Position numbers and translations under genes: made by a program
Assembly (NCBI RefSeq): GCF_036321535.1
Contig: NC_087436.1
Coordinates: 109,122,001 to 109,186,000, forward strand
Reading direction: 5' to 3'
Source of the DNA: Camelus dromedarius
Lineage: Eukaryota
Length of the DNA: 64,000 nucleotides
Notes under the pieces: model-generated
Database searches by the model: none
Told to the model about the DNA's origin: nothing
The model's input: the letters and a program-made list of their open reading frames with translations, nothing else
Shown: piece by piece, positions 52,403-64,000 of the stretch
Numbering within the stretch: the first letter of the stretch is position 1
How the letters are laid out: every line of letters begins with the position of its first letter

Positions 52403-52972
52403 CCAGGCAGTGCGGTTAGAGGCCAGAATCGATGCTCAGGTTAGAATGTGCCCTTGAGCTCTGTGAATCGGTGCCAAAGAAGAACAGTAAGTCAGGAAGT
52501 TCCACAGTATGTGCCTTTTATCACAGTTTTCTGGACCATCACTTCATAACTTTCCCAAAATATCCTACTGTAATTCTTACGTACACACATGAAACGACGA
52601 CAATTATTTTCTCTAGATACAAAGATTTGGGGTTTTTTTCCCTTTCCTAGAAAGTTACTCAAAAATGTCTTTCTTCTTGAGATTCAGATTCATCAGAACA
52701 GCGTGAGGAGCCAACATTTCCATCAAGGGAGTCATCTAACACAAGGAGCCCAGCTAAGCAAAAAGTCAGCGAGTTCACACAGTTAACTTGGGCCATTTGG
52801 TGACTTTTCCAAATCTTGTTTAACACTGCCTCACCTTCAAGCTAAAAACAAAAACAAAAAAACACTTAACTTGAAATGTTGGGCATAATTTTGGCTGATT
52901 AAAAATGAGATATTGTCTTTAGGTTACAACTTCCAACAGTAGTTCACAAACGTAATTTTAAAATGATCTGGT

Positions 52973-52973
52973 T

Positions 52974-53032
<59 letters not shown>
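52973..53032. repeat. (TTTA)15 microsatellite
   Basis: Seen directly. Confidence 0.95.
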
Positions 53033-53269
53033 TGGGTCCCTATTTGCTATTTCATCCTAGGGGCAAGAGGACAAAAGTTATTTCAGAAGCTCTCGTCACT
53101 TTCCCAACCACATGCAAGCCTAAATATTTAAGCAACTTAGCTCAGTTATACCTCTGTAACTATCTATGTATGTACAGAGTGTATCATATCTCATCATTAT
53201 TTAATACAGCTTATCCTTCGTATTTGACGTCAGAAGGCCTCTCTGGGCCAGCACCTGGCAGTGCACCCA

Positions 53270-53665
53270 GCCACGCACGGCAAATGGCTTTGGAGTCAGA
53301 GGAGCCTCCACTGGAATGGTAGGTCTGCCACCCACCCTCTCCTAGTGTTTGACTTTCCTTTTCCTCCCTCCTTCTCCCTCCCCCTCTCCCTCCCTTTCTC
53401 CTTCCTTCCTTCATTTTTTTTTTCTAACTTTCTTATCCCCTACATCTTCGTTTCCAGCTCTGTAGTCTCTAATCCTTAGTTCATAGAGTTCTACAAGGAT
53501 GAAATTAGGCAATGCTTGTAAAACACCCAACACCCAGTATGTGCTCAATAAATGATGCATACTATTTTTAGACAAAGCTGAAGGACCAGGAGGGCAAACA
53601 TAGTGCCTGATGTAGGAACTGGCACACAAAGGGCTCCACCAATGTTTGTTATGAATTAATGAAAG
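53270..53665 (+). mobile_element. MIR interrupted by a polypyrimidine tract, followed by an L2 tail
   Basis: atggctttggagtcaga...gtatgtgctcaataaatg; catagtgcctgatgtagg...aatgtttgttatgaattaatgaa. Confidence 0.6.
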
Positions 53666-54377
53666 ACTAGTCATTTGGAGAGGGAAATACAGGAGAGCTT
53701 CCATCAGCACAGTGTGGGTCCCAAAGGCCCCCCAGAGCTGCAAATCCACCTTAACCCTATGTAGCCAAGTGAGAATTCAGGCCAGTTATCCACCCATAGT
53801 CATTGCAGCACATGGGCAGAGACCCTAACCAAAGCCTGCTGCTAAACCTGCATGATCAGGAGTGGGAAAAGCGGGGTACTGTCTTGCATAATTACTTTTA
53901 GGGTGATGGTGCTATGTATTATGAGTCAGGAGAAGAAGGATGAGCAGGAATGATTTGGATACTACAGGCCATGGTTTTTGTTTATTGTTGGAATATCTGT
54001 TCAAAATGCCTGGGCTAGCTCTATTTCGTTCAAAGGGTCCACATGGAACTTTAACCGAACCCCTACGAGCCAGGTTTATGTGTTATATTGAGTTACTTTA
54101 AAGCTGTGGTGCTTCCTAGGACTAAAATTTTAAAAAAGCAGAGACACAGGCCAGAGGAAATCTCTGAAAGCTTGCACTTATTCTAAGATGTAGAAAACTC
54201 TGTGAGGTCACAAAACATGCCATAATCAATCTCCTGTTTTTTATCACAACTTCAATACAGGCAGTATAGCAATGCAGCTGTGTGTTTATATTTGTGACAT
54301 ACATATGCATTGTACACACACACATATATAAATGTATACATTTATATTTATACACACATGCACATACACACACACAA

Positions 54378-54560
54378 ATCTTGTTTAATCCTTACTTTTA
54401 CATCAACCTTACCAGGTAGGTGCTACCTTTCCCATTTTGAAGATGGGAACACTGAGACTCAGACAGGTTATGTCAACTGCTTTTGGTTATACAGGTAACA
54501 AGGAGAAGAGCTGGGATTTGTGACCAGTCATGTATGGATCTGGAATCCCTATCCCACAGC
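54378..54560 (-). mobile_element. MIR SINE
   Basis: cccattttgaagatgggaacactgagactcagacaggtta...agagctgggatttg. Confidence 0.8.
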
Positions 54561-55553
54561 CCTTTCTCATAGGAAAAACTGGGGCCACATACTCCCTGAA
54601 GCCCATGGGAATGTTCAGTTTCTTTGAGTGACCTGGCAAAATTCATCCAGCAAGTAATGATTAACAACAGTAGGAAGTAATAATATAAGTGAATAATTAC
54701 AAATAGTGAGTTAATAACTACCTGGGCAGGTACTGAAACCACTGACATTTATGAGACCTCAGTCCTCTTGCTCTGACCACTGTGTCCTGTTTTCTCAAAG
54801 TCACAGAGGAGTTATCAGCTCACAGCTTGAAATGTTGTTATGGATTACCCAGACAACCTAATAATCATTAAAATATCGTTGCTAGAGAAAAACGTGTTCC
54901 CAATTTTAAATAGAAAGCTTGCACATAAATCTTTAAGCCTTAAAATGTGGGAATTGCTTTTAAGTTACTAGCAAAGTTTGACTGGATATTACTATAGGAA
55001 CTGAGAGCACAGAAAACCAAATGTAACGTCTTGTAACTTTCAGAGAGATTTACACATTTGTAGGTTGAGAAGCCGCCTTGCGTCTAGGTAATCCGTATAC
55101 ACACAGGTAGGACAAAGCTGAATCAACCAGAAGGGAGAGAAGCCTGGCCGTCTAGGATAAAAGTGTGACCTTTAGTGAGCCTCATGCTCTGCTCTAGGCA
55201 CAGCTGCAGCGTATGTGATCACGTGTGCGAGAATGTGACGAGTTAACAGAAATTCTTGTGAAGGTTTCAGAATTTATGAGGAGCAAGAGGTTAAATATGT
55301 GAACGTGTTTGTATTCACAGTCTTTAAAATTTAAATTTAAAGCGACAAAAATCATTAGATACGAAAAGTTACGCATACACAGTGGGAGTTCTTGTGACAT
55401 TTACTGGTGTTCAACAGTTGACTTATTTTCTCCTTATTGTGGGAGGATTTGTTTTCTAAGGCAACACTGCAAGTGTTACTATATCTCACTATTTACAAAT
55501 GTTTGGAAATTCAAAGTGTTTCATAACACGTCCTTTCCAAGATGGAGCAACAC

Positions 55554-55582
55554 TGAGTCACAATGGCGCCATCTACTGGGAA
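55554..55582 (-). promoter_or_regulatory. Consensus CTCF motif with adjacent AP-1 site
   Basis: Minus strand 55582-55564 TTCCCAGTAGATGGCGCCA fits CCASYAGRKGGCRS with no mismatch; TGAGTCA at 55554-55560. Confidence 0.6.
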
Positions 55583-56509
55583 GCGACTGAACTACGAAAA
55601 TAGAGAGTGCCCGTGTACGCATTTATTGGAAAAGGCAAGTAATATACTCTCATATTCTTTTCATGAGGAAATGCCATTGATCGGTGACTTTTAAATTTTT
55701 TGGGGGGCGCTTAATGGGTATAGTTAGTGTCCTGGGAAGCCGAAGATTCCCACCCCCTTAGACTTGTTTTCTCCCTTTTAATTGGATGTCATTCCTGCAG
55801 GTGTGTGTATGTGTGAGTTATTTGCCTTTTACTTGAGCCAGAAACAAGAGAAAGTGACTTTTAAAATTAACATTTAATTATTAATATTTAATCACTTAAA
55901 TGAATAATTAAAACCAAATTTCAATATGGGACAAGTTAGAGGAGTGATTCTTAAGACTAATAGGCAGTTACTTCTCCCAGGAATTTCACCAGCATTTAAA
56001 GTCTTTGATGTCTTAGTTTGTGTAAAACATAATATCAGGTTTGAGTCAGTGAAATCATCCTGAAGCTTTCACTACTGTTTGTCAAAGGATCATCTGACAT
56101 CTTGTATCAAAGGGAAACTAAATATTCAATATACCCCATGGTAGATGTAATTGTTACCCTCAAACTATAACTAGACTTTTGGAATGAGAATGACAGCAAT
56201 AGGTTACATTACCAAATTTTCAGAAACACAGAACAAAGAAAAATATTTTCTTATATGGATATACCTGTAAGATGGCAGATAATAAATCTTACCTAACCAT
56301 GTGTGTTTTACCTACTTTGAAAATTAACTACAATACATTCTGATTCCTTGTCTCAGTTTCCAGCGTCACCTGGGACTTCTCTGGACCACTTTATCTACCA
56401 TGTGTGACTTCAGAGAATTAAAACTAATTTGACAGTCCAAGGGATAAAATATGCTCCCGAGTCAAATAAAAGATGTTTAAATTGTTATTTACTTGGTTTT
56501 ATATGTATA

Positions 56510-57000
56510 AATTCTTCCATTAGTATAAAATTCAATAGATATTTATTGTCAAACGCTACTACGTGCAGAATAATGAGTAAGACAGAAAATGTCATACATT
56601 CCAGTGAGGAAGAGACTCAACAGACACTTAAGATCATTTCATACAGAGAAAAGTGCTGGAAACTTGACAAGATAGAGGTTAAAGAGTTACTGTGTCTAGG
56701 ATTAGAGATGGAAGGAAGGTATGTTAAAGAAAGGAAGGCATGTTTTTAGGTCAAGTGGGGTTCAAGGCCGTAGAAGTGGTGATTTTTGTGCAGGCCAAAA
56801 GGATGAGAAGGCTCTGCCAATGTCTGGAGCAGGAAGAGTCAGGATAGACGGAAACGCACATGTAAAGTCTTTAAGTGGGAGCGCGCTGGGCAGGAGAGAA
56901 GACAGCTCTTGTGTTACTGACAGAGGATGAGAGTGATAGGAAGTAAGTTAGCAGAGGAAGCAGGAGTCTGATCTCTAAAGCCAGAGGACAAAGATGAAAA
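56510..57000 (-). mobile_element. L2 3' region
   Basis: ttcaatagatatttattg...ctactacgtgcag..., purine-rich reverse L2 body. Confidence 0.55.
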
Positions 57001-57059
57001 TTTACTCACAAACAGGAACATAGTGAGCAAATGTGAAGGAAATTAGGATGAGGCACCAA

Positions 57060-57240
57060 GCAATGAGACAGGTTCTCATGTATGTCATCTTTTTTCACCT
57101 CCACATTCACCGTATATGGTGGATCTTAGTATCCCGATTCCAAAGACAAGGTAATGAAGGACAAGGTGAAGTAATTTGCTCAATGCCTCACCGGTGAGTA
57201 AAAAGGAAAGCCCAGATTTGAACCCAAGGCTCCATTTTGT
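57060..57240 (-). mobile_element. MIR SINE relic
   Basis: aggtgaagtaatttgctcaatgcctcac...cagatttgaacccaagg. Confidence 0.6.
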
Positions 57241-57706
57241 TTCCCCTTGCTTGGGGAGTCATAGTCAAACTTGTCACACTTAAGTGAAGAAAAGATTCTA
57301 TAAAAGTTTAATGACTGCCAGGAGGAATTTCCCATGGCTGCAAGAACACAGAAGGCAGGTCAGATACATCTAATACCAGACTTAACCCTAACAGAACAAG
57401 AAAATTTTTCCAAATAAGTCTTAGGTGAATTGAATGAAGAACTGAATGGAAGACTTATTGAGCAGAAATCATATTTTTCTAATTGTTATCAGAACAATTT
57501 TGTTCATTCTGAAATTTCTTAATTGCTTTAAAGCTTGTGTTGAATTTGATTAATGAGATTTATAGTCTTTAAAACACATGCCAGAAAAGGCATTATTAAA
57601 ACAGGTAATACTTTAATATTAATTTTAACTTTAAAAGTTAAATGGGGTGAGGTGACATGATTTTTTTCTTCATTTCTAAATTTTTTTAAGGGGAAAAGTC
57701 ACTTCA

Positions 57707-57934
57707 TTTTTTAAAAATTGAAGTATATAGTCAGTTACAATTGTCAGTTTCTGGTGTATAGCACAATGTTCCAGTCATGAATCTACATAAATATATTTGT
57801 TTTCATATTCTTTGTCATTAAAGATTATTACAAGATATTGAATATAATTCCCTGTGCTATACAGAGGAAATTTGGTTCTTTAAATCTATTTTTATGTATA
57901 GTGGCTAACATTTACAAATCTCAAAACTCCCCCC
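57707..57934 (-). mobile_element. L1 3' end forming the 3' half of a U6-L1 chimera
   Basis: Minus strand gagatttgtaaatgttagccactatacataaaaatag...tatacaccagaaactgacaattgtaactgactatatacttcaat; similar to the copy at 27243. Confidence 0.9.
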
Positions 57935-58047
57935 AAAATATGAAACACTTCACAAATTTGTGAGTCATCTTTGTGCAGGGGCCATGCTAATCTTCTCTGT
58001 ATCTGTAATCGTTCCAGTTTTAGTATATGTGCTGCTGAAGCGAGCAC
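57935..58047 (-). pseudogene. RNU6: Full-length U6 snRNA retropseudogene (5' half of U6-L1 chimera)
   Basis: Minus strand GTGCTCGCTTCAGCAGCACATATACTAAAACTGGAACGA[TTACAGA]TACAGAGAAGATTAGCATGGCCCCTGCACAAAGATGACTCACAAATTTGTGAAGTGTTTCATATTTT; CpG transitions and a 7-nt insertion; fused to L1. Confidence 0.96.
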
Positions 58048-58116
58048 TATTTGTAAACATTTTTGAAAAATCATTTTCCTCAGTATTTCAGAACTGTTAA
58101 AAAAAGAAGTTATTAT

Positions 58117-58520
58117 ACACTGACCTGTGGCTCCCCCAATTCATATGTTGAAGCTGTAACTCCCAATGTGATGATAGTTGGTTATATGGCCTTGAAGGAG
58201 GTAATTAAAGTTAAAGGAAGTCATAAGGGTGAGACCCTAATCCTATAGGACTGGTTTCTTGTAAGAAGTGGAAGAAATACGAGATTTCTCTCTTTCTCTC
58301 TCCCCTCCACACCCGCCAGGTGCACAGAGGAAAGGCCATTTGATGATACAGAGAGAAGGTGGCTGTGTGCAAGGCAAGGAGAGAGACCTTACCAGAAACC
58401 AACCCTGCTGACATCTTGACCTTGGACTTCTAGCCTCCGTAACAGCGAGAAAATAAGTGCGCTATTTAAGCCGCCCAGTGTATGGTTTTCTGTTTTGGTG
58501 GTCTTGGCAGAGGAATGACA
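58117..58520 (+). mobile_element. MLT1A-like solo LTR
   Basis: cccccaattcatatgttgaagctgtaactcccaatgtgatg...accagaaaccaaccctgctgacatcttgaccttggacttctagcctcc. Confidence 0.9.
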
Positions 58521-58789
58521 ATAATACATTCAAGACTAACATTTTCAACACATAACAATCATATTCCTTTCTTTTTCTAATGATTTAGGAACATAAAGGG
58601 AGAGCTTAAGGAACACGTGCCTAAACAACAGGTCCAGGATAGAACATAAAATTGACTAATTTAATACTATGTCTCTGTAGTCGAGGATAAGAATTGAATA
58701 AATAAGACCCTTGCTGACAAAGTGTTCATAATCTACCCTTCTTGAATATAAGTGCATCCAGCATTGATATATACAAATACAACAAAAAA

Positions 58790-59125
58790 ATCACATTGAG
58801 TAAAGTGGTTAATCCCTTTGAGCTTTAGTTTCCTCATCTGTAAAATGGGAATAAAGAATTGCTCTACACATGAACTACAAAGGTTCAAACTTTCATGCTT
58901 TGTGGGAAGAGTGCATTGACCCTGCTCTCCCCCAAGAGACAGTGATAGTTGTAAATGTAGTAAAGTAAGTTAGGACTTTCAGATAAATAGGCTTATTTAT
59001 AAATTGCTTTAAAAGTTTTATCCTACTCATAAAGCTTCTGTAATTATACCTATGTAAATGATTAAATGTGGTAATATTTGTAAAGACTAAAACTTAGTAA
59101 GTGATCAAAAAATGATACCTAATAC
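58790..59125 (+). mobile_element. MIR fragments (interrupted)
   Basis: tgagctttagtttcctcatctgtaaaatgggaataa; gattaaatgtggtaatatttgtaaag. Confidence 0.7.
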
Positions 59126-59479
59126 TATAACAGCTGAAACACTCCTAGGATTAAACACTTCTTCCAACCAGTTGCATTTCCCAGCACCCTAAATATTTAC
59201 ACTTTTCATGAACTCAAATTAGATATTTCTCCCACACTGTATACTTACAGATAGATATTCCTTCCCTGAAAGTATCTGAACTTCATTACATCTACCCTCG
59301 ATCAGTTCTGTATGTCATAATCAACCAAAATGTGATACAAAAATAGAGCTACATCTAGTTTGGGTCATCAATAGGAACTTCTTTAGATGCCACAAGTACA
59401 CTGGGTGTTCAAATACAAAAAAAATTTACTCAGAATTAGTCTCTGAGACCCATGTGACCTTTAATGCATCAAAACCTAC

Positions 59480-60510
59480 ATTAAGGGAGTACAGTAGGTA
59501 GAGGAGAGAAAGAAAGGGGCAGAGAGAATATTTAAAGAAATAGTGACTGATAACTTCCAATATTTGGGGAAAAAAAAAAACCCAAAACACATCCGAGAAG
59601 CTCAATGAAGTCCGATAAAGATAAAATCAAAGAGATTCACACTTAAATACATCATAGCCAATCTTTGAAAGAAAAAGGTTAAGAGAAAATTATGAAGGCA
59701 GCAAGAAAGGAAAGTGAGTCATCATATACAAGGGAACTGCAACAGGATTGATTGTTTGTCATCGAACCATGGGGGCTATACGGCAATGGGATGACATATC
59801 AAAATGCTGAGAAAAAGAAATGTCAGCCAAGATTATATTCAGCAAAACTAAACTTCAAAAATTGATGGAGTAGTTAAGACAGTCCCAGATTTATTTTGAA
59901 AAAGGAGCATTGTTGCTAACATATCTAGCCCTGCAAAAAATACTGTAAGGGGTTATTCAGATTGAAATAAACTAAGCAGGAACTCAAATCCACAGGAAGA
60001 AATAAAGAGCACTGTTAAAGTAATTACACAGGTAAACATCAAAGAGAGTCTAATGGTATCTTTTTTATAACTCTTCTTTAATTTAAAGACAATTACATGA
60101 AGCCAGAGTTAGAAGTTATCTTTTTGGGCCTACAGTGTGTACAGATGTAATTTATATGACAATATTATCATAAAGGAGATGAAAAGGGGAAAAACTATAC
60201 TAGAACAAAAGTTTTATATACTACTAAAATTAAGTTGGTATTTATCCAAATTAAGATGTTAATTGTAATCCACAGGGCCATAATTCATTCATTCCATGAA
60301 TGAAAATGCAATCACAACATGGTAAACAAAACTCATCTGATGCAGCTACAGTACGTAGAAGGAAGGAAATAAATGAAAAACATCCTATGTTCATAAATTG
60401 GAAGACTTAATATTAAGATACTCTCCAAACTGATCTGCAGTTTCAAAACAATTGCTCTCAAAATACTAGTTGTTGATTTTGCAGAAATTGACAAGAAATG
60501 GACAAAATCC
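59480..60510 (+). mobile_element. Old L1: ORF1 C-terminal half, inter-ORF region and discontinuous ORF2 pieces
   Basis: ggggcagagagaatatttaaagaaatagtgactgataacttcc (GAERIFKEIVTDNF); catcatatacaaggga; tattcagcaaaactaaacttcaaaa; aaataaatgaaaaacatcctatgttcataaattggaagacttaatatt. Confidence 0.85.
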
Positions 60511-60599
60511 CGGCAGCCTGAAATACGCTGGCTCCAACAACCCTACATTTGCATTTTCTCATCTTTGTCCTTCCAGAAGTGGGTGCCTACCATGTGACA

Positions 60600-61050
60600 G
60601 ATGCTCTGAAGTTAGACATAGTATAAAGGCCATGGTTTTTAGAGTAAGATCCATCTTGTTCATATTCAAGATCTACCACAAACTAGTATGTCAGTGACCT
60701 ATAATTCATTATACCTTGTTGACGTTAAGTTTTTTGGTTCTATAAAATGGGTATAAGCCTATTTACTTCCTGGAAAGACCCTGAGAGGATGTAATGCACC
60801 AAGTTTCTAGAGAGTTGGGATAGAATGTTGGATGTGAGCAGGACCCAGGAGCCAGACTGTCTGGCTTTGAATTTCAGCTCCATCCCTTACAAGTTGTGAA
60901 GTTTTTGCCACGTCACTTAACTTCTCCAATGCTGTGTCCTCATCTGCAAACTGAAGAAAAGCTGACTGATCTCATAAATGGGTTACCGTGATTAAATGAA
61001 GCAATACGCTAGGTGCATAGGAAGTGCTGCCTACTAATATCATTAATTAG
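60600..61050 (+). mobile_element. Two tandem MIR relics
   Basis: ctataaaatgggtataa; ggagccagactgtctggctttgaatttcagctcc...tcctcatctgcaaa...gattaaatgaagcaatac. Confidence 0.7.
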
Positions 61051-61739
61051 GAAATTATACACAAACACGTATGGGCACCAGTGCATGTGAAAGATGGGAA
61101 TGGAAGAGCGTCAACACATTTTATCTGATTTTCTCATGGAACACAGACCAAATTTAAGACGCCGCAGGAGCTCTAAGTTTAATACTGGACTGTATTCTTT
61201 CTTCCTCCATTAGGTATTGTGTAGGACAAAAAACTTATAAAAGAAAATGGTCACTTCGAGCGATGTCATGAGCTGCAGCGATTCAAGCTCTGTTTCTTCC
61301 TGATCTTTCCACGGTTCCACCAAGCGGGCTAAGTCCCCTGGGCTTCCTAGACTGAGGCTCACTCACCATCGACCCAATGAGTAGAAATGAAGTTTCACAG
61401 TCAGAAGCTGGGTTTCCACACTGAATGAAAGAGGAATGGCTTTTCCCCTAAAGGAATTTATAATCTGGTAGGACTAGAAAGATGGTAAAAGTCAAGTGCA
61501 ATGTCATAAACCAAAGGGAGGTTGGTTGAGCACAGAGAAGGGTCAGTAAACTGAAGCTTTATCCTGTAGGGGAAAAGGGAGTGGAGGGCAGCTTTGGGGC
61601 AAAGCAATGCTTAGGTTCCGATCTGAGCATAGAGAAAGTCATACAAAACTGAGGCTCGAAAATGGTTTTCGTCATGAGCTTGGAGTTGGGGATTACATTC
61701 TCCTGGTGGATTTACTCTAGTTTTGTACATTTCTTTTTT

Positions 61740-61900
61740 ATTACATGATAGTGTAGTAACTTGTTTCGATCCAACTTATTTCTCCTGTTTTTGGCTGTGA
61801 GCCCCTTGAACTAGGTGTCATGTCATTTGGACATCATGTCCCAAGCTAATCACTGAGACTAAAAAGCTGTTTAAGAAGCCTCTGTTGAACAAATGAGCTT
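61740..61900 (+). mobile_element. L2 3' tail
   Basis: ggctgtgagccccttgaa...tgttgaacaaatga. Confidence 0.45.
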
Positions 61901-63064
61901 AAAGAAAATGAGTAACATCACATACTATTTTGATGCAGGTGGAGATAAGGAAAAATCTTGCTGATCACCACTGTTCTCAGATTTCCTCTGCTTTTCTTTA
62001 TCTGCAGCCCCATCTCAGCATCTGCCTGAAAAGACTTGTCTGTCATACGCACTGCCAATCAAAGTGCTTTGTTTTGTTTTTGCTTCTGATCCTAGAACAG
62101 GCTTTTCACAGTGTAGGAGATAGAATCTCTGGTGTTTGGCTCCCCTCCACTATGCTAATTTTTCCTTGGAAATGTAGGAGCTTGAACTTGGCAAGGACAT
62201 TTTTAGTTTTCCCCAGCTACATCCACATCCAGAACTCAATCAAAAGCTTGAGAACACGGAGCACCTTATATTGTGCTGAAATCACTGCCCATTGAGCTTC
62301 CTCAAATAAGGTGGACAAACAGAGATTCTGCATTACATCAATCACTTGGTCTTCTGAAGATAATTTCATGCTCTGGCCAGCTGAGGGTCCTGATGTTTTG
62401 CTGACTTGTTTGGGACTAAACCATTGAGATTCTGAAGTTCTCCACTATTGCCTGCCAAGTCGGAATGCTGAATTAGAATAGTTGAGAAGATGGCAGGACC
62501 AGTGAAAGGATAGACATTATTTAGTTAAAACTGGAAAGAAATAATAATTGGCAGATATTTCTAGAATATTTTTAGTCCAGTTTTGTCCTTCACAACTTGA
62601 AATAAGTATTTTGACCCAGATTACACTGACTGGTGATTCTGGTAACATATCTAGGTATGTCTGTCCATTGATTTTCTTCCATACCAATCCCTTCTTTTGT
62701 TTTTCCTAAAGACAAAACTCTAACCTAGAATAGATATTGAGGGGGAAGAGTAGGCACTAGGAGTTAAAATTTAGTATCTGGAAGATAGTCTGACAGTGTG
62801 TGCTTTTATAAACCTCTCTCATCATGAAAGAAGCTGCTAGCATTCACGTAATACACTGGATCCTTTTGAAATCCTGGGGCAGGAATCCTGTAGGTTTAGA
62901 GGCATCGGCATCCTGAGAATAGAAGCAGTGCACATCTGAACCAGATTTAGACCACACAAAAGCCTGACTAAAAGTAATGAGACTCGGCCGATTCGAGAGG
63001 AGTGGAGACGTTACTAGTGTAATTATCAAAGCAGCCTTTTCTATAGTAAGTTGCTTCCGGGTTC

Positions 63065-64000
63065 GGTGTTGAATTTTGTTAGTGCTATAACATACAATTA
63101 AAAGTGCATGAGTCATAAGAAAACAGCTCGATGAAGTTTAACAAAATAAATACACTCATGTAAGAACAGTAAGAAAAAACATTACCAGTAACCCCCTCCC
63201 CCATGACTCTTCTCGGTCATTTATTTCCCTAAAGGGAAACGCAGTGTTGATTCTTTTTACAGCAGGTTAGTTTTGTCTATTTTTAGACTTTACATAAATC
63301 AGATTTTTAGAAAAGAAGTCATGCAATCTATACCTTTTGCACCTGGCATTTTCGGCTCAACATTATGTTTGTAAGCGTCCACGTTGTTGTAAGTAGTCAT
63401 GGCTTATTTTCATTGCATGCTGTGTTCATATCCATGTCATGAATATTCTCCAATTTATTTTTTGTGTTCCACTGTTGATGAAGATTTAGGTTGTTTCCAT
63501 TGGAGGTTTTAAAAATACTGCTCTTATGGACATTTTGGAACACATTTTAAAAAATACGAATCTATATATTTATCTGTTGAGTATATACCTAGAAGTGGAA
63601 ATTTTGGACCATAAGGAATGAATACGTTTAGTTTTAGTGGTCATAACAAAACGGTTTTCCAAACTGGTTGTGTCCATTTATGTCCCAAATGGCAATTTTT
63701 GAGAGTTTCAGTAGTTCTACAGTCCTTGCCAACACTTGGTGTTAAGTTTTTTGGTTTGTTTTTAATGGCCATGTTATTGGATGGGTAATGGCATCTTTCT
63801 GTGGCTTTGATTATCATTGTCCTGATGAACAATGATGTTGAATTTCTTTTTTTCAGAAAAAAGAATATGACACTTTTATTAGTGATGTTGAACATTTTTA
63901 ATGTGTTTATTGGCCATTTGTATATTCTCATTTTGAAGTGCCTAAGACTTTTGTCCCACACCCCCTCACTTTGTTTTATTGGGTTATCGACTCTTTCTTA
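63065..64000 (-). mobile_element. Old L1 (L1ME/L1MB-like) 3' region, runs off the window
   Basis: ccactgttgatgaagatttaggttgtttcc...atatacctagaagtggaattttggaccataagg...tttattggccatttgtatattctc; ORF 63641-63961 is a decayed ORF2 C-terminus. Confidence 0.9.

Larger units (their letters stand above)
3565..64000 (-). other. SLIT2: 3' part of the very large SLIT2 intron 4
   Basis: No upstream SLIT2 LRR exon seen in 60 kb upstream of the 72-nt exon; the mammalian intron before this exon is known to be very long. Confidence 0.85.

Noticed and set aside
57935..58047. Functional U6 gene
   Set aside because: Multiple substitutions, a 7-nt insertion, fusion to L1, and an upstream flank that is an MLT1 LTR with no recognisable PSE.
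8028..64000. Antisense orientation bias of intronic L1s
   Set aside because: The fragments I called split about evenly (8 plus, 7 minus), so no bias is demonstrable here.

Overview
Mammalian genomic DNA, most likely camelid (a tRNA-Ala-derived Vic-1-type SINE and cetartiodactyl-type L1 3' ends are present). The whole window lies inside SLIT2 on the minus strand. The only recognisable coding sequence is a 72-nt leucine-rich-repeat exon at 3493-3564 ([25 protein letters not shown], exon 5 by human numbering); the ORF track missed it. Positions 3565-64000 are the 3' part of the very large intron 4, filled with L1, L2, CR1/L3, MIR, MaLR/ERVL LTR and DNA-transposon relics plus microsatellites. None of the supplied ORFs looks like a real gene. 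The most interesting signal is a candidate internal first exon near 38.7 kb ending ATG-AG|GTAAGA, in phase with the 72-nt exon; it would give a signal-peptide-less SLIT2 starting MSDLSENQ and sits in a repeat-poor, motif-rich block. This is a hypothesis, not a demonstrated transcript. Also found: a full-length U6-L1 chimeric retrocopy, a twin-primed (5'-inverted) L1, a possible short L1 3' transduction, a readable CR1 reverse-transcriptase fossil, CTCF motifs and local CpG patches. Repeat families and boundaries were called by eye and are approximate.
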